The translations under genes were made by a program, and so were the position numbers. A stretch of 64,000 bases of DNA from contig JADGDX010000008.1 of NCBI GenBank assembly GCA_016744675.1, forward strand, positions 26,821-90,820, written 5' to 3'. Shown here one piece after another: positions 29,415 through 39,700 of this stretch (positions within the stretch are counted from its first letter, which is position 1; each line of letters begins with the position of its first letter). This stretch comes from Desulfuromusa sp. (lineage in GTDB: Bacteria; Desulfobacterota; Desulfuromonadia; Desulfuromonadales; Geopsychrobacteraceae). Below the pieces are notes generated by a model, which saw nothing but the letters and a program-made list of their open reading frames with translations, did no database searches and had not been told where the DNA came from.

Positions 29415-30377
29415 ATGAAATCAAACCAACACCTGCTCTTTCCTGAAGATCGCCAAACAGAACGCCTCGATACTTTTCTTGCTGAAGCATTGCCTGATAT
29501 TAGCCGTTCACAATTGAAAAAACTGATAGAATGTGGACAGATCACCATCAATGGCATGCCCACGAAAGCCAGTCATAAACTAAAGGGTGGAGAATTAATA
29601 CGCGTCACCCTCCCTGAAGCAGAGCCAACCAAAGCACTAGCAGAAGACATCCCTCTGCATATCCTTTATGAAGATCAAGATGTCATTGTCGTTGACAAGC
29701 CAGCTGGTATGGTTGTACATCCCGCCGCCGGGCATTCTCGCGGCACCCTTGTGAACGCCTTGCTCCACCATTGTACCGATCTCGCAGGAATTGGCGGCGA
29801 ACTTCGTCCAGGAATCGTACACAGAATCGATAAGGACACCTCAGGGGTTCTTGTTGTGACAAAAAATGATCAAAGCCATCAATCCCTCTCAGCACAATTC
29901 AAGGATCACTCCATTAACAGGTGCTATATCGCATTGATCCACGGGACTCTAGACACAAAATCAGGATCAATAGACCAACCGATTGGTCGTCATCCAACAC
30001 AACGCAAAAAAATGAGTGGAAAATCAAGAAACGGAAAACGGGCAGTCACCCACTGGAAAACCCTCAAACAATACAATACCAACAGAATGAGCCTTGTGGA
30101 ATTACAGCTCGAAACAGGAAGGACCCATCAAATCAGGGTCCATTTTTCAGAAATCAACTGTCCCCTTCTCTCCGATCCTCTCTATGGAAATCGATCTCGA
30201 ACAACAGCGATTAAAGATATGGAATTGCGTCGCTTGATCGATCAATTGCCCGGACAAGCTCTCCATGCACAAAAACTTGGATTTATTCATCCAACAAGTG
30301 GAAAATATCTGGAACTTTTCAGCGAAATGCCTGACACTCTCAAAAATATCATCGATTACTTAGATCAAACATCTTAA
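29415..30377 (+). CDS. rluD: 23S rRNA pseudouridine synthase, RluD subfamily
   Basis: S4 domain (RLD.FL), catalytic HRIDKDTSG motif, 320 aa. Confidence 0.92.
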   Translation: MKSNQHLLFPEDRQTERLDTFLAEALPDISRSQLKKLIECGQITINGMPTKASHKLKGGELIRVTLPEAEPTKALAEDIPLHILYEDQDVIVVDKPAGMVVHPAAGHSRGTLVNALLHHCTDLAGIGGELRPGIVHRIDKDTSGVLVVTKNDQSHQSLSAQFKDHSINRCYIALIHGTLDTKSGSIDQPIGRHPTQRKKMSGKSRNGKRAVTHWKTLKQYNTNRMSLVELQLETGRTHQIRVHFSEINCPLLSDPLYGNRSRTTAIKDMELRRLIDQLPGQALHAQKLGFIHPTSGKYLELFSEMPDTLKNIIDYLDQTS

Positions 30378-30385
30378 TCATATTG

Positions 30386-31228
30386 ATGGCAGGAAAAGAA
30401 TCGTTCTCTCTGCCATCAACAATGGAGTTCTTCATGAAGCTTGTCCGCAAAGGAAAAATCTCATATCTACAACCAGAACAACTTCCCCACCATGTGGTTG
30501 CAGGGTTCAGTACACGTAATGGCGGGGTCAGTCGTCCGCCCTATAATTCTTTAAACTTAGGACTGGGAACAGACGATCAATTAGCCAGTGTCGAAGGGAA
30601 CCGGGCGGCATTTACTCGTGCATTTGACCTGTCTCCGGCCCAACTCTTGACGGTCAAACAGGATCATGGTGAAAATATCCTCTTGATAGATGAGCAAAAC
30701 CCGGACCTAAGCCATTTTCTAACCGTTGAAGTTGATGCAATCATAACCAACCAACCAGATATCATGATAGGAGTTCTAACGGCTGATTGCTTCCCTCTTT
30801 TGATCTGGCACGATAAACAAAAAGTCATCGCCGTCATCCATGCAGGCTGGCGAGGAGCGGCAAGTGGATTAATTGACAAAACACTTCAGTCGATTCACAA
30901 CCACTTTGGCCTTCCAGCAAGTGAACTTCATGCAGCCGTTGGACCTGGGATCGGGGCGCACGATTACGAGGTTGATCGTCCAGTACGCGATGCGTTCAGA
31001 CAAGGAACGGGTTTTTGGAATGACACCTCTAAAGAAACAAGACTCGGCCACTGGCTCTTGGATATTCCTTTGAGTTGCCAACTTCAACTCGAAAAGGCGG
31101 GGTTAAAACCACAAAACATTCAGATCACCAAAGAATGTACTTGTTGCCATCCAGAGTTGTTCTTCTCGCATCGAAGAGACAATGGGGTCACTGGCAGACA
31201 ATTAAATTTCATGCAATTAACTAAATAA
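30386..31228 (+). CDS. pgeF: Peptidoglycan editing factor PgeF / YfiH laccase-domain protein (start uncertain; Met at 30434 is also possible)
   Basis: Motifs FSTRNGGVS.PPY.SLN, LTADC.P and HAGWRG, plus a C-terminal CT..(H)PELFFSHRRD. Confidence 0.88.
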   Translation: MAGKESFSLPSTMEFFMKLVRKGKISYLQPEQLPHHVVAGFSTRNGGVSRPPYNSLNLGLGTDDQLASVEGNRAAFTRAFDLSPAQLLTVKQDHGENILLIDEQNPDLSHFLTVEVDAIITNQPDIMIGVLTADCFPLLIWHDKQKVIAVIHAGWRGAASGLIDKTLQSIHNHFGLPASELHAAVGPGIGAHDYEVDRPVRDAFRQGTGFWNDTSKETRLGHWLLDIPLSCQLQLEKAGLKPQNIQITKECTCCHPELFFSHRRDNGVTGRQLNFMQLTK

Positions 31229-31355
31229 CTGGGATTTTTTTAAAAGTTTTTCAAGATTTGAGGCAAAAATCAGATTTTTGTCAGATAGAATCGTTATACT
31301 CCCTCTAGATTTAATCAATTGCCTGTCTTTTAAACAAACAGGTTCCGGAGGGGGG

Positions 31356-31397
31356 AAGCCCCCATCGCCCACAGGGCGATGGGGGCTTTCGTATTTT
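31356..31397 (+). terminator. Very strong rho-independent terminator
   Basis: 14-bp stem aagcccccatcgcc/ggcgatgggggctt with loop cacag, followed by tttcgtatttt. Confidence 0.8.
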
Positions 31398-31407
31398 AGG
31401 GCCCCTG

Positions 31408-32853
31408 CTATTTTCGCCAGAACGATGGAAAAAACAAAACTAGAACGGTAAAAAGTTCAAGTCTCCCCATCAACATACAGACGATCAGAACAGATTTACC
31501 AAACCCGGGGACATGAGAAAAATTATCAACGGGTCCAACACTTCCTAGACCAGGACCAATATTTGACAAACAAGCGACAACCGCGCCTCCTGATGAAACC
31601 AGATCCATCCCACTGGCTGCAACGAGAAGAGATCCCACCACAAAAACACCAATAAACAACGCGAAAAAGCCCAATATTGATTGCAGGACATCTTTATCAA
31701 CTGGACGGTTTCCAAGCTTAACCAAGCGAATCGCCCGAGGATGAATCAAACGAAACACCTGCACCTGTGCGTGCTTGAACAATAGGAGAATTCGGGCAAC
31801 TTTCATTCCACCACCAGTGGAACCAGCACACCCGCCAATGAACATCAACAAAACCAGAAGATATTGCGGCAGAACCGGCCACAGTTCAAAATCAGCCGTA
31901 CCAAAACCAGTTGTCGTAATGATGGAAGACACTTGAAAAATGGAATAACGGAAGTTGTCACCAAAACTGTGATAAAGGCCAGCCGACCAGTTAAAAATCA
32001 TGATGATCACTGTTGCAACTAGAATAATCCCTAGATAAACACGAAGCTCTTCACTACGGAAAAATTCACGTGCCTTGCCACGCAAAACTTGAAAATGGAG
32101 AGCAAAGTTGACCCCAGCAAGAATCATAAACAGTGTGATGACGCCATCAATATAGCTGCTATCATAAGCAGCAATTGAAGTATTGCGGGTTGAAAAACCA
32201 CCGGTTGCCAGAGTTGCAAATGAATGACAGAGGGCATCAAAAAAGCTCATTCCACCAAACATCAATAGAACGGCTTCAACCATGGTCAATAAAAAGTAGA
32301 CACCCCAAAGCATTTTCGCAGTGTCCTGAATTCTTGGCTTCAAACGATCAGCCGTCGGCCCTGGCACCTCAGCCTTAAACAGCTGCATCCCGCCGACCCC
32401 CAACATCGGCAAAATGGCGAGAGATAAAACAATGATTCCCATTCCGCCGAGCCAGTGAGTCAAAGACCGCCAGAAGAGTAAACTTTGTGGCAGTGCTTCG
32501 ATATCGGTCAGGATTGTTGAACCAGTGGTCGTAAACCCACTCATCGTCTCAAATACAGCATCCAGAGGGGAAGTGATCGCTCCGGCAAAAAGGTAGGGCA
32601 GTGCACCAAATACCGCAAATACCGTCCAACCAAAGGTGACAACGGCAAACCCTTCCCTAACCGTCAGTTCCTTTGGGCTTTTACAGTAGCGGAACAATAA
32701 TCCACCAACAACAAAGCAGATGACAGCAGAAATGAGAAATGCAGGCCAAGCTCCATCATCGTAATAGATTGAAAAGGGAAGCGGGGCAAAAAGAGATCCC
32801 CCCAAAAACAGCAGGAGGGCTCCAAGAATACGTAGCGTCAGGATAAGATTCAT
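31408..32853 (-). CDS. trkH: Trk-type potassium uptake protein, membrane subunit
   Basis: 481 aa, polytopic. Repeated selectivity-filter-like motifs TTTGS, ATGGFS, TTTGFG and GSTGGG. Confidence 0.93.
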   Translation of the reverse strand: MNLILTLRILGALLLFLGGSLFAPLPFSIYYDDGAWPAFLISAVICFVVGGLLFRYCKSPKELTVREGFAVVTFGWTVFAVFGALPYLFAGAITSPLDAVFETMSGFTTTGSTILTDIEALPQSLLFWRSLTHWLGGMGIIVLSLAILPMLGVGGMQLFKAEVPGPTADRLKPRIQDTAKMLWGVYFLLTMVEAVLLMFGGMSFFDALCHSFATLATGGFSTRNTSIAAYDSSYIDGVITLFMILAGVNFALHFQVLRGKAREFFRSEELRVYLGIILVATVIIMIFNWSAGLYHSFGDNFRYSIFQVSSIITTTGFGTADFELWPVLPQYLLVLLMFIGGCAGSTGGGMKVARILLLFKHAQVQVFRLIHPRAIRLVKLGNRPVDKDVLQSILGFFALFIGVFVVGSLLVAASGMDLVSSGGAVVACLSNIGPGLGSVGPVDNFSHVPGFGKSVLIVCMLMGRLELFTVLVLFFPSFWRK

Positions 32854-34206
32854 TCAGGCAAAAAACCTTTCGACTTTCTGCAATGCTTCCGGGAGAGTAA
32901 AGACAACCACCCGATCCCCCTCTTTCAAGACACTTTCACCGGTAGGAATTTCATAAGTATCGCCACGCACAATTACACCGATGATCGCACCCCTGGGAAA
33001 ATGGAGTGAATTCAACGGAGCATCCAGAAGACCACTCTCCTTGTTGATTTCCAGTTCTAGGACTTCAGAATTACTTCCCTCAACAGCGGTCAAAGAAATA
33101 ATATCTCCACGACGAACAAATTTCAGGATCGCCCCAGCAGCAGCCAAGCGAGGTGAGATGCAGGCATCAATCCCCAGATCAGATGCCAATCCAATCAGTT
33201 CGGGTTGACTGACAAGGGCCATTGTTCTTCTCACCTTGTGCTGCCGAGCCAACAAACAGGTCAGAATATTCGTTTGATCGTTGTCGGTGACAGCAATGAA
33301 GACATCAGCTTCACCTAATCCTTCATCCACCAAAGTTTGAACGTCGAGACCTTCAGCATTGATAACAACCGTCTTGTTGAGTTGCTCAGCCAACTTGTAG
33401 CAGCGCTCCTCATCTCTCTCAATCAACTTGGTATGATAATGGAGCTTTTCCATATTCTGAGCCACCTGAAACCCAATGCGGCTACCACCCAGGATAAACG
33501 CTCTATGTGTCGGCTTTTCTTCTATTTGGTCTGACTGTAAGAGATAGTTGATCGCAGGAAGTTCCTGCTGGGGAGCAAAGATATAGATCCGATCACCCGC
33601 CTGGATTGTATCGTCACCACGGGGAATGATTGTCGTATCCCCTCGATTTATTGCAACAACAACAAAGCGGTACATCCCCCTCAGTTCGCCGAGCTCAGCC
33701 AAGGTTAAATCACAAAGAGGGCTCCCTTCTTCAATCCGATACCCCTGAAACAGAATCTGTCCATCGGCGAACTCAGCAACATCAAAAGCTTTGGAATTAC
33801 AAGCCAGTTTGGAAAGTTCTTCGGCAACAGCATCTTCAGGATTAATCAGCAGATCAATACCCAACTTTTCTTTGGAAAGAACCGCTTTTTGACTGGTATA
33901 TTCAATATTTTTAGTGCGCGCGATGAGTATTTCAACCTGATATTCACGCGCCAGAAGGCAAGCAAGAATATTGACTTCGTCCATGTTCGTCACGGCAATA
34001 AAGATATCGACATCCTTAACACCAGCTTGCTCGAGAGTTTCTGCACTGGCACCGTTACCAACAACACCCAAAACATTCAGGCGATCCTGAGCTCGCTCAA
34101 CAACCGCTTCGTCGCGATCAACCAGAGTGACCTCATGCCCTTCGCGGGAGAGTCGATCGCATAAAAAGTAGCCGACCTGACCTGAACCAACGACAAGGAT
34201 TTTCAT
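32854..34206 (-). CDS. trkA: Trk system NAD-binding subunit
   Basis: 450 aa. Two Rossmann (GSGQVG, GGSRIG) plus RCK_C repeats. The gene is immediately adjacent to trkH. Confidence 0.93.
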   Translation of the reverse strand: MKILVVGSGQVGYFLCDRLSREGHEVTLVDRDEAVVERAQDRLNVLGVVGNGASAETLEQAGVKDVDIFIAVTNMDEVNILACLLAREYQVEILIARTKNIEYTSQKAVLSKEKLGIDLLINPEDAVAEELSKLACNSKAFDVAEFADGQILFQGYRIEEGSPLCDLTLAELGELRGMYRFVVVAINRGDTTIIPRGDDTIQAGDRIYIFAPQQELPAINYLLQSDQIEEKPTHRAFILGGSRIGFQVAQNMEKLHYHTKLIERDEERCYKLAEQLNKTVVINAEGLDVQTLVDEGLGEADVFIAVTDNDQTNILTCLLARQHKVRRTMALVSQPELIGLASDLGIDACISPRLAAAGAILKFVRRGDIISLTAVEGSNSEVLELEINKESGLLDAPLNSLHFPRGAIIGVIVRGDTYEIPTGESVLKEGDRVVVFTLPEALQKVERFFA

Positions 34207-34310
34207 AAGTTATCTCTTCCAAATAGGTAATTAATAGCAAACAACAACTTTGCAAGATCGCATAAATTACTAAATTGTGCAATAATACGTCTTAATTCAA
34301 GGAGACGTTG

Positions 34311-34607
34311 ATGGACTGGGAAATCGATATTGATGAAGAGCAAATCCGCAAAGAACGGGGGAAAGCAAAGGAACTACGCAAACAAAACTGGTGGAAAAAC
34401 CGCATTGCCAGAGGGGTTTGTCACTATTGCGAGAAAACCGTTCCTCCAAAAGAATTAACCCTTGACCACATTGTCCCTGTCGCCAGAGGGGGGCGATCAA
34501 CAAAGGGGAATTGTGTTCCGGCGTGCAAAGATTGTAACAATCAGAAAAAAAACCTACTTCCCATGGAGTGGGACGACTATCTGCAACGACTGAATGAACA
34601 AACGTAA
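34311..34607 (+). CDS. Small stand-alone HNH endonuclease
   Basis: CHYC...LDHIVPVARGG...N.VPACKDCNNQK is a beta-beta-alpha-Me HNH motif with two Cys pairs. ATG lies 6 nt after aaggag. Confidence 0.85.
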   Translation: MDWEIDIDEEQIRKERGKAKELRKQNWWKNRIARGVCHYCEKTVPPKELTLDHIVPVARGGRSTKGNCVPACKDCNNQKKNLLPMEWDDYLQRLNEQT

Positions 34608-34665
34608 CATCACAACAAAGTGTTACTAGGCGAGATAAGTCCTAGAATCTATTAGAATAAAGCCC

Positions 34666-35691
34666 TCATCCTTTTTCATCCATCCCCACCCCGGCGAGAT
34701 TTTCGCCGCAATCAGGGCAACACCCATGACAATTCACGTGATGACTGCTGATTTCAAAGCCACCTCGACGAATCAAGACTTTGCCGCACGCTGAACAACA
34801 CGTGTTTATCTCCTCGCCAAGATTTCCTAGATATACATGCTTAAGCCCAGCATTCCTTCCGATTTCTGCTGCTCGATTAAGCGTATCAGGTGGAGTTGGC
34901 GGTAGCTGTTGCAATTTGTACTGGGGAAAGAATCGACTGATATGCCAGGGAGTCTCCGTCCCCAATTCTGTGGCAATAAATTCTGCCATTTCCTGTAATT
35001 CTTGGGGGTCATCATTCACCCCAGGAATCACCAAAGTTGTCACTTCAAGCCAGACCCCATAAGCAGAAAGCTTTTTCAAGCTGTCGAGAACTGGCTGCAA
35101 AGTCGCTCCAGTATATTGACGGTAGGTTTCATCCCGAAAAGCTTTGAGATCAATGTTTGCTGCATCCAATACCGGTTGTAACAGCTCCAGCATCTGCGAC
35201 GACATGTAGCCATTACTCACAAATACGTTGGCTAACCCAGCTTCCCGAGCTAGGCGAGCCGTGTCATAGCTGTATTCGAAAAATATCGTCGGCTCTGTGT
35301 AAGTGTAAGCAATAGAACGGCAGGAAGAATTCTGAGCAGCCATAACAATATCAGCAGGAGACAACTCATGCCCGGCAAGAAAATGCTGCTCCCTTGGCAT
35401 TTGAGATATTTCCCAATTCTGGCACCAGTCACAGCGCAGATTACAACCCGGAGTCGCAATAGAAAACGAGCGACTTCCTGGGTAAAAATGATTGAGCGGC
35501 TTTTTTTCTATCGGATCCACATTTTGTGTTATCGACCTTCCATAAACAAGAGAATAAAGAAACCCACCTCGATTTTCCCGTACCTGACAGATCCCCCTTT
35601 GACCACTCGCAATGACACAAGAGTGGGCACAGAGCTGACAGTGCACCTGTCCTTTCTCCATTTTTTTATAAAGCAAAGCCTCTTTCATCAC
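34666..35691 (-). CDS. amrS: AmmeMemoRadiSam-system radical SAM enzyme (PFL-activase-like)
   Basis: 341 aa. N-terminal VHCQLCAHSC...GICQVR zinc-ribbon-like segment, then the radical SAM cluster motif CNLRCDWCQNWEIS. Confidence 0.8.
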   Translation of the reverse strand: MMKEALLYKKMEKGQVHCQLCAHSCVIASGQRGICQVRENRGGFLYSLVYGRSITQNVDPIEKKPLNHFYPGSRSFSIATPGCNLRCDWCQNWEISQMPREQHFLAGHELSPADIVMAAQNSSCRSIAYTYTEPTIFFEYSYDTARLAREAGLANVFVSNGYMSSQMLELLQPVLDAANIDLKAFRDETYRQYTGATLQPVLDSLKKLSAYGVWLEVTTLVIPGVNDDPQELQEMAEFIATELGTETPWHISRFFPQYKLQQLPPTPPDTLNRAAEIGRNAGLKHVYLGNLGEEINTCCSACGKVLIRRGGFEISSHHVNCHGCCPDCGENLAGVGMDEKG

Positions 35692-35727
35692 CAGTCCTCT
35701 ATTCTCAAAAACTCCCTATCGAACCAC

Positions 35728-36768
35728 TCAGGAAATTCTCAAAACCTTGGCCCCGCGGATTTTGCGGTTTTTAAGTTCCAGCAAAGCTCTGTTGGCATCT
35801 TCCAGTGGGAATTCTTCATAGGTAGGATGGATAGGAATATCAGCTGCCAGAGCAAGAAACTTTGACACATCATTTCGGGTCACATTGGCGACACTCTGAA
35901 TATTTTTTTCCATCCAAAGGTCTCGGGGATAATCTATCCCTGCAAGCAGGTGACGATCACGATCCTCCTTACGAATCGCATTGACCACTAACCGCCCCCC
36001 AGGCTCCAGTTGCCTCATGGCTGCAACAACAGGGCGCCACGCAGGAGTGGTATCAATAATGGCCTCCATGAGTCCTGGGGCACTCTCCTCTGTGCTTCCT
36101 GCCCACGTCGCGCCAAGTTCCATAGCAAAGTGTTGTTCCTTTTCACTACGGGCAAAAACATAAACAGGAAGGTCTGGATACTGATGCCGAACTAACTTGA
36201 GGACCAAGTGTGCCGAGGCACCGAAGCCTGTTAGGCCTAGAGCACCTCCGGAATGAAGACGAGCCAAACTTAAAGAACGATATCCGATTGCGCCGGCACA
36301 AAGCAAAGGGGCTGCCTCAGCATCATTAACCGTATCAGGAAGGGGAAAGATGAAACCAGCGGGAACAACCATGTATTCGGCATAACCACCATCGGCATCT
36401 CGTCCCGTTGCTTTAAACTCAGGACAAAGGTTTTCCAAGCCCTGCTGGCACCAGCGACATTGACCACAGGCTGAATAAATCCAGGCGACACCGACCCGCT
36501 CCCCCATCTGCCTTTCATTAACACCGGTTCCAATTTTATCAATTTTGCCAACAGCCTGATGTCCAGGAATCATTGGATATCGTGGTGGTGGAGTCCGACC
36601 TTCGATTTCATCCAACTCCGTGTGACACACTCCACACACACTGACCTTGATGCGCACTTCTCCAATCCCAGGCTCTGGGACGGGATATTCAACCAACCGC
36701 AGTGGCGCATGTTCAACCTCAAGGTCGGATACTTTTTCCAGCAACATCGCTTTCATCATAGTTTTCAT
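35728..36768 (-). CDS. Zinc-dependent alcohol dehydrogenase family protein
   Basis: CGVCHTELDE catalytic Zn motif, structural Zn site C..C..C (CGQCRWCQQGLENLC), and GFGASAH Rossmann variant. Confidence 0.88.
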   Translation of the reverse strand: MKTMMKAMLLEKVSDLEVEHAPLRLVEYPVPEPGIGEVRIKVSVCGVCHTELDEIEGRTPPPRYPMIPGHQAVGKIDKIGTGVNERQMGERVGVAWIYSACGQCRWCQQGLENLCPEFKATGRDADGGYAEYMVVPAGFIFPLPDTVNDAEAAPLLCAGAIGYRSLSLARLHSGGALGLTGFGASAHLVLKLVRHQYPDLPVYVFARSEKEQHFAMELGATWAGSTEESAPGLMEAIIDTTPAWRPVVAAMRQLEPGGRLVVNAIRKEDRDRHLLAGIDYPRDLWMEKNIQSVANVTRNDVSKFLALAADIPIHPTYEEFPLEDANRALLELKNRKIRGAKVLRIS

Positions 36769-36783
36769 CGTATCACTGAATAA

Positions 36784-39700
36784 TCATTTTTCAAGCAATT
36801 GACGGTACAGCTTCACATACTGAGAGGCCGAATTCCCCCAACTAAAATCAACAGCCATACCGCGTTTAACAACCTGCAGCCATCGCCGTCTCTGGCCATA
36901 GAGGGACAGTCCACGATCGATCGTTGCGAGTAATTGTCCGGCGTCGACATGATCAAAAACAAAACCATAACCATGCTTTGGTGAGGCATCCACATCTGTC
37001 ACACTATCAGCCAGACCGCCAGTACGACGGACAACCGGAAGAGCGCCATATTTCAGGGCTATCATCTGAGTCAAACCGCATGGCTCATAGCGACTCGGGA
37101 CAAGCAATAGATCCGCAGCGGCATACAAACGGTGAGACAATCCTTCATTGAAAGTCAGGTTAATCGATACCTGACCTAAATGCTTTCCCTGTTGCTCTTG
37201 CCAGAAAGACATTTGTTCCTCGCTTCCAGAGCCAAGAAGAACAAACTGCAGATTCCGCTCCAGCAGTTGCGGCCACATCGCTTCGATCAGATTGATCCCT
37301 TTTTGTGGATCAAGACGACTGACGACGACTACAAGGGCTTTACTGCTATCGATCTCAAGCCCTAGTTCTTGTTGCAGCGCTTTTTTACACAAACTTTTTC
37401 CACGCAGCTTCTCTGCACTGTATCGACTTTGCAAATGGATATCCGTTGCAGGATTCCAAAGCCGCAGATCGAGACCGTTAATAATGCCATGAAGGACATC
37501 ACGCCGGGACCGCAAGAGGCCATCAAAACCATGCCCCTGCTCTGGTTCTTGTATTTCGTTGCAGTATGTAGGAGAGACCGTTGTCACAAGATCGGATAAA
37601 TTAATTCCACCTTTGAGAAATGACATACGCCCGTAATACTCAAGGGCCTCAGGGGAATTCAGTTCTTGCGGCAAGTCTAACTCACGTAAGGATTGTGGAG
37701 AGAACATCCCCTGATAACCAAGGTTATGGATCGTTAGTACCGTTTTTATCCCGGCATAAAAGTCATCATCCTGATAAAAGCTTTTCAATAGCGGTGAGAC
37801 CAAGCCAGTCTGCCAATCATGCAGATGGATCAAGTCTGGTTTAAAGTCGGCAACTTTGATCAATTCCAGTACGGCTCGGGAAAAGAAACCAAATCGCAAA
37901 GCGTTATCGGCATAATCACCATAAGCTGTTCCATAAAGCTCAGGGCGATCAAAAAGCTCAGGCGTATCAACAAACCAGTAAGGAACACCATCATAGACCG
38001 CTTCCTTCAAACTCCCTCGGAAAGTGGTCCCCTGCAAAGGGACTTCAATACTTTTATCCAACTTTACCGGTGCTTCAGAACGACGCATCACCGATTGATG
38101 GCATGGGATAATTACCCGCACGTCATGCCCTAACTCTCGCAGAGCTCGGGGTAAAGAGCCGACAACATCTGCCAACCCACCCGTCTTGGCAAAAGGGGCA
38201 GCTTCTGAGGCGACAAAAAGGATTTTCATGCCACTGCCAAAGGGGACGGGAAGAACCTTTTCTTGGGGCTGCGCCGGGTCCATCAATTGCAACATGGTAT
38301 CAACACCATAGCCACTTTTTTCAGCCCATTTTTTCGCCTTATCCAGAGTCTTCAAAAGCGTGACGACCTGATCGTGGAATGCAGCGTTATCCAAAGACTC
38401 ATCACGGCTATTGGTCATTAATTTAAACTGCAGCAAGAGCAGACAGAGCAGCTCAAAAGGTTCTTTTCCAAACCAGTCGGTCTGCTCATGATAATGACAA
38501 TTCAATAAAGGCCTAAGGTCTCGATGATTAAAGAAACGATCAAGCAACACAAACAGCTCTGTTTCATCCAATGAAGAAGTCGCAGCGATAAGTTGTCCCA
38601 ATTCATCACAGTTTTTCGTGGTCAACAAATGAGCAGGAAAGAGCGTGTGAACGAGCACCTCAAGCAAAGAGTTTTGAGACAAGTTAACAAGGTTCGGGGC
38701 TTGATAAAGTGTCTTCAATATTTCTAGTTGTTTCGAAACTTTGACCTTCGCTTGCCCCGGTCGCTCAACAGCTAACAGTGCCTTAGCGCTCTCCCAACTT
38801 GGTTCAAGCAATAATCCATCGCGATCAAAGTAGAGATTTCTCCGCTGAGCGTCACCATAGCGCTGCCATAACTGATTCCAACGACCATCATTGTCTTGAA
38901 GGGGCTGAAAGTGCCCCACCACCCGACGCGCATAACCAGCAAGGTGAAAAACCCCGCCTTCGGTAAGAGTTGATGCTGGCTGAAGGGAATGTTCTCCACT
39001 CGCTAAATCCTCCATCAGGACAAAATCACTTGAGCAATCAATCCCGCAGGCAACCGTCAGGTTCAGGCTATCCCTGTCGGCCATCGCGACAGGCATACCA
39101 ATCTTTCCACTGATGGCATCCGATGAGTTATTGCAGATGACGAGTGATGTCTGTTCGCCCAAACCATTACTGTAAACAAAAATATTTTCTTCAACACCAC
39201 CATGAGTGGAGATAAAATCATACAATTGAAAACGTTCTGCGCCACTAAACAGAGCCCGTTGCCGTAAGAGAGGAAAAACAAGTTGCTTATGCCCTTTAAT
39301 CAGAGCGCTATCGGGTTCTTCTTGCCAGCGCGGAGCCAAATACTCCATCCCATATTTTTCATGTAACCCTTCGACCTGACCATGACCGAACATCGGCATT
39401 CCCGGCATCGTTGCCAACAAAGTAGCGACACAAAAATATTTATCAGCAGCGCCAAATTGTTCAACAGCAGGTTTTTCATCGGGGTTACTCATAAAATTGA
39501 CAAACCGCTGGAGGATTGCCGGATCGAATTCGAGAATATTTTTAAGCGTCTGACGATACTTCTCATTCTCTTCACGCTTGAGCATATTCATAAAGGCACT
39601 GTTGTAAACCCGATGCATCCCTAAGGTACGGACAAAGTACCCTTCCATCAGCCAAAAGGCTTCGGCCACGAGTAATGTATCGGGGGCTTCAAGCTGGACA

